Assembly (NCBI RefSeq): GCF_009914755.1 | Contig: NC_060935.1 | Source of the DNA: the human T2T-CHM13v2.0 reference genome, Homo sapiens | DNA: 64,000 bases | Strand: one strand, 5' to 3' | Shown: piece after piece, positions 1 to 18,187 of the stretch | Position numbering within the stretch: position 1 is the first letter of the stretch | Layout of the letters: every line of letters starts with the position of its first letter | The notes under the pieces: model-generated | Told to the model about the DNA's origin: nothing | Seen by the model: the letters and a program-made list of their open reading frames with translations, nothing else | Databases searched by the model: none | Made by a program: the position numbers and the translations under genes

Positions 1-443
1 TGGTGATGGGCAGAGGCCTGGGCTCCAGGCTGAGTGCAGCCCCTCTCCAGCTGAGGGAGGCTTTTCTGTGGCTGTTTCTCCACCTGCACAGTGGGATGAC
101 CGCCTTGGTGTGGCCTCGACTGCCTCTGGTTGGGGAGTTGTGAGGAGCCTTTGGACAGTGGATTATGTGGGTGAACTTTTGCTGCTGGGGTAGGAAAGCC
201 CAGCGGTGATAAAGGGCCAGCTGATGGCTTAGAGTGGGTGGCTGGTCCAGAAGGTGGGCAAACTGCTCGCTACCACCGCCCTAGTTCAGGCCTGCAACCT
301 CTTCCCTAGCCTTGACCTCATCCATCCTCCACCTTAACACTCAGCACCCTTAGAGATGCAAAGTTCCCCAGGCTAACACAGACCTGAGTGCCCTGCGCTA
401 CTGCTACCTCGAATCATCTGCGGTTCCTCGAATCACACATGCG

Positions 444-457
444 GCGCCCCCTGGTGG
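444..457 (-). promoter_or_regulatory. CTCF core motif
   Basis: GCGCCCCCTGGTGG, whose reverse complement CCACCAGGGGGCGC matches the CTCF consensus core. Confidence 0.7.
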
Positions 458-509
458 GGAGACCTTTCGGTTGCTCACTGCCCTGAGCCGAGCTCTGCCC
501 TCCTCCTAG

Positions 510-613
510 GCTACCAGTTAGGGATCGGCAGGGACCACTTCCTGACTAAGGAGCTGCAGCGATACATCGAAGGGCTCAAGAAGCGCCGGAGCAAGAGGCT
601 GTACGTGAATTAA
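510..613 (+). CDS. CATSPERZ: Last coding exon of CatSper channel auxiliary subunit zeta (TEX40); gene is partial, earlier exons lie upstream of the window
   Basis: Acceptor tcctcctAG at 508-509, then (G)YQLGIGRDHFLTKELQRYIEGLKKRRSKRLYVN, stop TAA 611-613, AATAAA at 717-722. Identity is from the recalled C-terminus and its position just upstream of ESRRA. Confidence 0.85.
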
Positions 614-716
614 AAACGCCACCTTGGGCTCGAGCAGCGACCCGAACCAGCCCCGTGCCAGCCCGGTCCCCAGACCCAAGCCTGACCCCATCCGAGTGGA
701 ATTTGAGTCCTAAAGA

Positions 717-722
717 AATAAA
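717..722 (+). terminator. Polyadenylation signal of CATSPERZ
   Basis: AATAAA about 100 nt after the stop codon. Confidence 0.8.
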
Positions 723-797
723 AGAGTCGATGCATGGTCCGTGAGTCAGTGCAGGACAGCCCGCGTGAGGCGGACGCACGTGGCCCCGCCCTTCCCC

Positions 798-853
798 GTG
801 ACCTTCATTCGGTCACCGCAGTGACCTTCATTCGGTCACCGCAGTGACCTTGA
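798..853. promoter_or_regulatory. ESRRA promoter 23-bp tandem hormone response element (ESRRA23): 2 full copies plus a terminal ERRE
   Basis: GTGACCTTCATTCGGTCACCGCA at 798-820 and 821-843, then TGACCTTGA (TCAAGGTCA on the minus strand, the ERR response element) at 845-853. Known as a polymorphic autoregulatory element of ESRRA. Confidence 0.9.
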
Positions 854-1489
854 GCTTTCTCCGTCCGGGCCCTATCGGCCCTACCTTCCGGGACTCGCAA
901 TCCAGGACTTATTGCATGTTTTAAGTCGGCTTCACCCACCCCGAGTTCCGCAGCTCTGTGGGGCTACTGGGTCTACGGTTCGAGTGCTCAGTTGGTGTCG
1001 CTTTGGGGGAAGGGGGTAGGGGGAACGGGGCAGCACCTCCCTCCTCGCGACGGCGCGCTAGGCTCCGCCCCTCAAGCATAGGTAGCAGGTCCAGCCTCTC
1101 CGCTCGTCCCGCCCTTGCGTTTTCATCTGTAAGTGGTCTCTTGGCTCCGCGACTGCAGCCTGCACCGCCTCGCCCACTCCTCTCGCGCGCAGCAAGCCCC
1201 GCCTCCTCCGTTACGAAAGAGCGCTTCTGGCCCCACTTGCTCTCGGCTCTATTGTCCCCGCCCTCCGCGTCTCCGGCCCCGCCCCTCCCAGGGGCCGCGT
1301 ACGCATGTGCGCCGCAGTGGCTCGGCGGGCTGCGGGGCGGGACCTGCACGAAGGCCCGCCCACTGGCGCTGCCGGCTCCGCCCCGACTCGTCCGGGCGCG
1401 CAGGCGCCGCCCGCCCCGCTGGTCTGATTAGCATAGGACCCCGGGCCCCGCCCCCTGCTTTGCATGCGCACGGCCGGCCCCACCCCCGC

Positions 1490-1703
1490 TGTCAGCTGGA
1501 GGAAGCGGAGTAGGAAGCGGCCGCGATGTCCTTTTGTGTCCTACAAGCAGCCGGCGGCGCCGCCGAGTGAGGGGACGCGGCGCGGTGGGGCGGCGCGGCC
1601 CGAGGAGGCGGCGGAGGAGGGGCCGCCCGCGGCCCCCGGCTCACTCCGGCACTCCGGGCCGCTCGGCCCCCATGCCTGCCCGACCGCGCTGCCGGAGCCC
1701 CAG
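1490..1703 (+). other. ESRRA: ESRRA non-coding exon 1 (5' end approximate)
   Basis: Donor CAG|GTCCGG at 1703/1704. Joining it to the acceptor at 3135 gives ...GAGCCCCAG-GTGACCAGCGCCATG, the recalled ESRRA leader. Confidence 0.7.
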
Positions 1704-3047
1704 GTCCGGGGGCGGAGGGGAGCGCTGCCGCGGGGGTGGGCGGGCGGGGCGCGGGGGCCATGTGCGAGCGCGGCAGGGAGGCGGGCGGGGCGGGCTGCAG
1801 GCGGGGTCCGACTCTGGGGCCAGTCCGGGCCACGGTTGGGACCCAGTCGAGGGTCGGACTGGTCAGGGTTCAGGCGGGATCCGGCGTCCGAGTCCTGGTG
1901 GGCCGGCCTGGGGCAGGATCTGGCTCTGGCTGCGGGTCCTGACTCGGGTCAGGGTTGGGCCTCCGATCCAGCCCGCTCCGGGGCAGGGTTCAATCCCGCA
2001 TTTGCCGAAGTCCCTGGGGCTGGCCGGGGTGGAAGACGGGGAGGGCTCTATGTCTGGGAAGGGGCTCTGAAGACCACGTGGGGGCGCTCGAAGGGGCCTG
2101 GGGCCACCCTCCTCTCTGGGTCAAAGGTCATCGCACCGGCAGGGGAGAACTTCCTCCTCCTTGGCTCTCCCCACTTACTTCCTGATAACCTGGTAGAGGT
2201 CTCCCGCGGGCGGGGAGGGGGAGGCGTAGCAACTTTAGGCAACTTCCCAAAGGTGTGCGCAGGTTGGGGGCGGGACGCGGCGCCCCGGGAGGTGGCGGCC
2301 TCTGCGACAGCGGGAGTATAAGAGTGGACCTGCAGGCTGGTCGCGAGGAGGTGGAGCGGCGCCCGCCGTGTGCCTGGGACCGGCATGCTGGGGCAGGAGG
2401 GCAGCCGCGTGTCAGGTGTGAAAAGCTCTGGAGGTGTTTTCATGAGTCCGTGCCTGTGCGTGTGGATGTGGGGAGACCTAGTGAGAGTGTGTGTGATCAT
2501 GAGCCTTGACTGAGTTCGTGGATGGGGTGTGCGCTCCAGGAGAAGTGTGTGAGCACAAGTGTGAGCAGGAGTGAGCACGGGTTTGGGAAGGCCGGTGCAA
2601 GTGTGAAAGCCCTCAGCAGAGAGCGAGCCTGCGTGGGCTTGTGGGGCTCCTGAGCACCCCGGTGAGTGGAGTGTGTGAACTCGGTGTGAGCACGTCCACT
2701 GGCCTTGGGTCTGCTCTCCAATGCAGAATACCCAGATGAGGGCAGGGTCTCAGAGGTCCCCCCAACATCTGGAGAAAACTGGGAAGTATCCTGCTCCTGG
2801 CTAGGGATTCCAGGTGGGGTTGAAGGTTGCCTGGGGGCTACGGTTACCCTGCTCCCTGGCCTGGGTGGGAGTAGGGGCTTTCTAAGCCTCCCCCAGGTTC
2901 CCAAGGGGGAGACCTGCTGTCAGTTACTGGCCCTGAAGACTCTGTTTCCATGGCAACAGCTAGGAGGGGGCAGTGTTCCTGGGCAGTCCTTCCTTGGACT
3001 CTGCCCCCCTTCTTCCCCACTTGCTGGGCTTGGAAGCCTGGCCCTAG

Positions 3048-11947
<8,900 letters not shown>

Positions 11948-12841
11948 GGCAAGGGGTGGGACTGGTGGGGGTTCTGGCAGGACCTGCCTAGCATGGGGTC
12001 AGCCCCAAGGGCTGGGGCGGAGCTGGGGTCTGGGCAGTGCCACAGCCTGCTGGCAGGGCCAGGGCAATGCCATCAGCCCCTGGGAACAGGCCCCACGCCC
12101 TCTCCTCCCCCTCCTAGGGGGTGTCAGAAGCTGGGAACGTGTGTCCAGGCTCTGGGCACAGTGCTGCCCCTTGCAAGCCATAACGTGCCCCCAGAGTGTA
12201 GGGGGCCTTGCGGAAGCCATAGGGGGCTGCACGGGATGCGTGGGAGGCAGAAACCTATCTCAGGGAGGGAAGGGGATGGAGGCCAGAGTCTCCCAGTGGG
12301 TGATGCTTTTGCTGCTGCTTAATCCTACCCCCTCTTCAAAGCAGAGTGGGACTTGGAGAGCAAAGGCCCATGCCCCCTTCGCTCCTCCTCTCATCATTTG
12401 CATTGGGCATTAGTGTCCCCCCTTGAAGCAATAACTCCAAGCAGACTCCAGCCCCTGGACCCCTGGGGTGGCCAGGGCTTCCCCATCAGCTCCCAACGAG
12501 CCTCCTCAGGGGGTAGGAGAGCACTGCCTCTATGCCCTGCAGAGCAATAACACTATATTTATTTTTGGGTTTGGCCAGGGAGGCGCAGGGACATGGGGCA
12601 AGCCAGGGCCCAGAGCCCTTGGCTGTACAGAGACTCTATTTTAATGTATATTTGCTGCAAAGAGAAACCGCTTTTGGTTTTAAACCTTTAATGAGAAAAA
12701 AATATATAATACCGAGCTCAAAAACACTGTGTTTGGTGTCATTGGGTCAAGGGTTGGGGATACACACGGCAGAATTCGGAAACAGGGTATAGATCAACAA
12801 AAATACACAGTCATAACAAGAAAAACTGGCGCCTGGCACAA

Positions 12842-13507
12842 TCAACTCTCAGTTTCCTCTTCACTCAGCAGCATGTTGGGGATCCCGCGGCTGATGGGGA
12901 ACATACGTCCAGATTCCGGGCACTGCAGGGTGCCCTCTATCACTTCCACCTGCGGGCAGGGAGGGACAGAGCTGAGCACTGGCAGCCTCAGTGCGGGAGG
13001 CAGGTGGCCCGGGAAGCAAGTGATGGGCCGCTTCTCACCTCCAGCAGCAGGTGGTGCATGGTCCTCAGAAACTCCTCATTCTCCTCATATCCCTCAACCG
13101 GCCCTTTCGGCACCTGGATCAGACGCAACTGTGGGCAAGAGGCCAAAATTATCTCCGGGCATCCCGAACTCCCGCCTCAGCCCGGCTGAGGTGTGCCCGC
13201 CCCGCATTCCCCGGGATATGCTGGGGCGGGGTAAGGATCCTCACGTTATCGGCCGCCTCCAGGAACGCCGACCACTCCACTTTAGGTATCATACGCGCCA
13301 CGAAGTTGGGGTTGAATTCCACAGGGCAGATACGGACCTCGGTGGCCTGCAGGGCGGAGGAGTTTAGGCAAGCACTGGACCCCGGCCCACCATCCCGCCC
13401 GAAAAGGGAAGACTGCCGCCGGCGGGTACCTGGAGGCGCAGGGGGAAGCCACGGGACCCCACCCCCCGCACATGCGAGCTCAGCAGATTGTGGGTAAGCA
13501 GTTTCAT
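12842..13507 (-). CDS. TRMT112: tRNA methyltransferase activator subunit 11-2, 125 aa, 4 coding exons
   Basis: Exons 13507-13430 ([26 protein letters not shown]), 13346-13245 ([15 protein letters not shown]...), 13128-13039 (LRLIQVPKG...), 12949-12842 ([35 protein letters not shown]) total 378 nt. GT-AG introns. Confidence 0.97.
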
Positions 13508-14196
13508 GTCGCCGCACAAACTCTCGCCAGGCCGGAACCGGAAAAAGGTCGTCCTCCGCTGCCTCACTTCCGGGGATGCTCCACTCGATGCTATTGGATA
13601 GCCAGGAGAACCGGAAGTGGCGAACTTGCTGGAACTTCTCGTGTTTGTGGGAGCTGCGGTAGGTAGGTGAAAGACCTGTCGGGTCACGCGCCGCTACCGG
13701 AAGCGTCTCAGCAGGAGGTTCCTACGGCGCACGCCCAGCTTTTTTTTGCCACAAATTCTTCGTAAGATGCAAATCATATGCAAAATAGCTGCAATGCAGG
13801 AGCTCTTGTTGAATGCAAAATAAACACATTTTACTCCTACACAGGCGCCTAACACCGTCGTCCTCTGTATCCCACTTTCGGTTAAGGGGCAGAAATACCG
13901 CCCTATCTGTAAATTAGGCCCATGGAAGCCGAGCCGCACCTCATTCCTATATGCAAATTAGCTGCTCCAGTGCCGAAAGCTCCGCCCCATTTGTAGTTGC
14001 GTCGGCTGTCCAGCACCCAGTGCAAACGAGGCGTGGGTCCCGGAAGCTCTGTTCTGCGGGTGGCCGCTCGCGCCTGCGCAGTGGAGGCGGCCCAGGCCCG
14101 CCTTCCGCAGGGTGTCGCCGCTGTGCCGCTAGCGGTGCCCCGCCTGCTGCGGTGGCACCAGCCAGGAGGCGGAGTGGAAGTGGCCGTGGGGCGGGT
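13508..14196. promoter_or_regulatory. Bidirectional CpG-island promoter shared by TRMT112 and PRDX5
   Basis: Divergent ATGs 690 bp apart. ETS/GABPA sites CACTTCCGG 13565-13573, ACCGGAAGTG 13610-13619, ACCGGAAGCG 13696-13705; NRF1-like GCGCCTGCGCA 14070-14080; octamers at 13767 and 13951. Confidence 0.85.
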
Positions 14197-17100
14197 ATGG
14201 GACTAGCTGGCGTGTGCGCCCTGAGACGCTCAGCGGGCTATATACTCGTCGGTGGGGCCGGCGGTCAGTCTGCGGCAGCGGCAGCAAGACGGTGCAGTGA
14301 AGGAGAGTGGGCGTCTGGCGGGGTCCGCAGTTTCAGCAGAGCCGCTGCAGCCATGGCCCCAATCAAGGTGACCGCTGGCCCGGCCGGGCCTGACATCCCC
14401 CACTACCCCCATGGCAATCCCCGTCCCGCTAGTCTGAGAGTATCGCCTTATTTCCTGCCTGCCAGACCCCTCCCCTCCGCCCGCCCGGCTCATCCCTTCA
14501 GAAGGCCCTCGTGGCTGCCCACCTTTCTCGCCAATCGTGGGGGCCTCACCTCCCGGGACAGTCCCGAGGCATTGTGTTTTTTGTTTTTTGTTTTTTTTTG
14601 AGACGGAGTCTTTCTGTGTCGCCCAGGCTGGAGTGCAGTGACGCAATCTCTGCTCACTGCAGCCTCCGCCTCCCGGGTTCAAGCGATTCTACTGCCTCAG
14701 CCTCCTGAGTAGCTGGGACTACAGATGCGAGCCACCACGCCCAGCTATTGTATTTTTAGTAGAGACGGGATTTCACCCCGTTGTTCAGATTGGTCTCGAA
14801 CTCCTGACCTCAGGTGAACCCCCCCCGCCCCCCCCCGCCTCGGCTTCCCGAAGTGCTAGGATTACAGGTGTGAGACACCACTCCCGGCCTGATTTCCCCT
14901 ATCTTCTGAAACAGCTGTCCCTTAGCGCCCCCGCGGGGGCTTACCCCATCCCACTCCATGACCTCCCCTCCCCCCATGGCGAATTCCCACCTTTCTGTCT
15001 TTCACTCACTTCCTGGAACCGTCCCCAGGGCCTTGGACCTTCCCCCTTCTCCTCCCAAACCTTGTGAGACCCCATTCCCTTTCTACTTCATCCTGCTCTC
15101 AACCTTTGGGCTCCTCAGAGGCCCTCACCTCTGACTCTCTCTCCCTACCCACTCTGGTCCCATGAAGCCCTCAAGTACTCTGGGGATGGATCCTTCCCCC
15201 TTCAAAAGATTCCTTCTTTTGTTCTACACCTCCTGGGTGTAGGGGCCTGGACACCCTCCCCCAACGTTCCACCTGCCGCTGCCCTTCCTCTTCCTCCTCC
15301 TGAGGGTGGGACCCTCAGACCTGGCCAAGATCCTCTCCCTCCATGTTGTCAGGGACTCCTCCTCACCCCCAAATACAGCCCTCTAGCCCCTGTCCATTTT
15401 ATTCCACTCCTTTCCTGTAACCTAGACAGCATGTTATGCAACCCTTTGCGACACATGGGGAAACCTTCCCTCCCTTTCTCTGTTGTCACCAATGGCCCCT
15501 TAAGAGGAGCAGGGCCACCTTGAAACTTGGAGGATATGGGGTAACCCAGTGGGAGCGGGCAGGGAGGGCCCTTGGAAACTGACAGGGCTGGAGTATCCTG
15601 CTGGGTTTCAGCCCCGGTTCCTGCAGGCACAGCTGCCAGGCTCTCTGTTCACCTTCCTGCCTCTGGTTTGCCCCGGCTCCCTCACCCCCCTTACCCTGGA
15701 GTCCTTCCTTCTAGGTGGGAGATGCCATCCCAGCAGTGGAGGTGTTTGAAGGGGAGCCAGGGAACAAGGTGAACCTGGCAGAGCTGTTCAAGGGCAAGAA
15801 GGGTGTGCTGTTTGGAGTTCCTGGGGCCTTCACCCCTGGATGTTCCAAGGTGAGGCCCTTCCCCTTCTGAAGATCAGGACCTGGGATCTTTTGTGTTGCT
15901 CTTAAGTCCTCCACATAGTCCTGATAGGACTCCTAAAAAGCATTTCAGTGCCATCACAAAACAAGTAGAGCTGGGTAGAGCTGGGCGCGGTGGCTCACGC
16001 CTGTAATCCCAGCACTTTGGGAGGCCAAGGCGGGTGGATCACGAGGTCAGGAGTTCAAAACCAGTCTGGCCAAGATGGTGAAACCCTGTCTCTACTAAAA
16101 ATGCAAAAAAATCAGCCGGACATGGTGGCGGGCGCCTGTAATCCCAGGTACTGGGGAGGCTGAGGCAGAGAATTGCTTGAACCCAGGAGGCGTAGGTTGC
16201 AGTGAGTGGAGATCGTGCCTCTGCAGTCCAGCCTGGGTGAAAGAGCGAGACTCCGTCTCAAAATGAAAAAAAAAAAAAAGAAAACAAGTAGAGACTGCAA
16301 AAAGGGAACAGTACCAGGAATGTTGGAGAAAAACATACTACAATTAAATCCAACACCCCTGTTGGTCCTGCTAAATGACAGGCACTGTGGAAGGTGCTTG
16401 GGACTCAGATAAATAAGACATAGATCTGCCCATGGAAAGTTCACGTCTGGACCATAAGGCATTAGGTTTCATTCTGAGCTTCCTAGTGGCCAAGGCAAAA
16501 AGGAAATAGAATGGTTTAGACAGCTCTCATTGTCTGATCAAAGGTGTTGAGGCAGAGCACTGAGGAGGGCCTGGAGATAAAGGGTGGGCTGGGGGTCAGA
16601 TGCAGTTATCCCTTTGCCGACCCTTTGTTCCCCTTCCTCAGACACACCTGCCAGGGTTTGTGGAGCAGGCTGAGGCTCTGAAGGCCAAGGGAGTCCAGGT
16701 GGTGGCCTGTCTGAGTGTTAATGATGCCTTTGTGACTGGCGAGTGGGGCCGAGCCCACAAGGCGGAAGGCAAGGTGAGGTGAGGGGCCTGCAGGGAGTCA
16801 GGACCAGGTAGGATATTCTTCTTGTGACCTTTACTTTCTCTGCAGGTTCGGCTCCTGGCTGATCCCACTGGGGCCTTTGGGAAGGTGAGTGTTCCCCTGA
16901 CCGCCACAGGGACATGGCAGTGCGGGGAGCAGTGGGGGCCCTTGGCCTCTTCAAGGATTTCTGACACTTTTCTCTGTCTCTTCTTAGGAGACAGACTTAT
17001 TACTAGATGATTCGCTGGTGTCCATCTTTGGGAATCGACGTCTCAAGAGGTAAAAGTGGAGAGTCCTCTGTGGAGAGAGTCCTCTGTGGGAGAGAGTCCT

Positions 17101-17672
17101 CTGTGGGAGAGAGTCCTCTGTGGAGAGGGTCCTCTGTGGGAAGAGTCGTCTGTGGGGGAGAGTCCTCTGTGTGGGAGAGTCGTCTGTGGGGAGAGTCCTG
17201 TGTGGGGAGAGTCCTCTGTGGAGAGAGTCCTCTGTGGGGGAGAGTCCTGTGTGGGGGAGAGTCCTCTGTGGGGAGAGTCCTCTGTGTGGAGAGAGTCCTG
17301 TGTGGGAGAGAGTCCTGTGTGGGGAGAGTCTTCTGTAGGGGAGAGTCCTCTGGGGAGAGAGTCCTGTGTGGGGGAGAGTTCTCTGTGGGGAGAGTCCTCT
17401 GTGTGGAGAGAGTCCTGTGTGGTGGTGAGTCCTCTGTGGGGGAGAGTCCTCTGTGGGGGGAGTCCTCTCTGGAGTTCTCTTGGGCCCCTGGCTGTTCACT
17501 GCCTGTCTCCATGCCCAGCCTCCAAGCCCAGGCTGATGCAGCTGGCTGGGCCCCTCTTTCCGGCAGGTTCTCCATGGTGGTACAGGATGGCATAGTGAAG
17601 GCCCTGAATGTGGAACCAGATGGCACAGGCCTCACCTGCAGCCTGGCACCCAATATCATCTCACAGCTCTGA
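14197..17672 (+). CDS. PRDX5: Peroxiredoxin 5, 214-aa mitochondrial precursor (short form starts at Met53, 14353), 6 exons
   Basis: Exons 14197-14367, 15715-15849, 16642-16773, 16846-16884, 16988-17049, 17567-17672 total 645 nt. Arg-rich presequence, peroxidatic motif [10 protein letters not shown], resolving Cys in GLTCSLA, C-terminal PTS1 SQL. Confidence 0.98.
14575..14890 (-). mobile_element. Alu in PRDX5 intron 1
   Basis: Reverse-oriented Alu with T-rich tail and an internal poly-C tract. Confidence 0.85.
15980..16280 (+). mobile_element. Alu in PRDX5 intron 2 with target-site duplication
   Basis: Full Alu flanked by AAAACAAGTAGAG on both sides (~15958 and 16281). Confidence 0.88.
17057..17472. 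repeat. G-rich minisatellite (VNTR) in PRDX5 intron 5, unit ~17-19 bp GGAGAGAGTCCTCTGTG
   Basis: More than 20 degenerate tandem copies are directly visible and give repetitive ORFs in several frames. Confidence 0.95.
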
Positions 17673-17767
17673 GGCCCTGGGCCAGATTACTTCCTCCACC
17701 CCTCCCTATCTCACCTGCCCAGCCCTGTGCTGGGGCCCTGCAATTGGAATGTTGGCCAGATTTCTGC

Positions 17768-17773
17768 AATAAA
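17768..17773 (+). terminator. PRDX5 polyadenylation signal
   Basis: AATAAA ~95 nt after the stop codon. Confidence 0.9.
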
Positions 17774-17971
17774 CACTTGTGGTTTGCGGCCATCTCCTTG
17801 GTTATGAATGGCTGTTTCGCTGAGCGCCAGGCATTCTGGCATCATCACAGACTGGGTGAGAATGGTGAGGGCGCAGATGGGCTGAAAGGGAGAATGTAGG
17901 GGGTCCTGCTTAATTAAGGGGGAGCTAGGGAGGGCCTTTCAAGGGAAGTTTTTTTTTTTTTTTTTTTTTGA

Positions 17972-18187
<216 letters not shown>

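Larger units (their letters stand above)
760..2460. promoter_or_regulatory. CpG island promoter of ESRRA
   Basis: Very high GC and CpG density, many GC boxes, NRF1-like TGCATGCGCA at 1461-1470. Confidence 0.85.

Noticed and set aside
921-2904. Long Gly/Arg/Pro-rich ORFs on both strands around ESRRA exon 1
   Set aside because: CpG-island composition artefacts, apart from the exon 1 in-frame segment reported as a finding.
13951-14196. In-frame upstream ATG extending PRDX5 by 82 codons
   Set aside because: The ATG is part of an octamer motif in the promoter, in poor context and probably upstream of the PRDX5 transcription start; an extension would also mask the mitochondrial presequence.
14925-14938. 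Additional CTCF-like motifs (also near 50316 and 54305)
   Set aside because: They deviate from the core or its spacing and are expected by chance in GC-rich DNA.
17057-17472. Possible CRISPR-like repeat array (also 47259-47450 and 50671-51199)
   Set aside because: Tandem degenerate units without unique spacers, human intronic context, no cas genes.
16984-17672. 170-220 aa repetitive ORFs on both strands in PRDX5 intron 5
   Set aside because: Translations of the minisatellite; no credible start or independent promoter.
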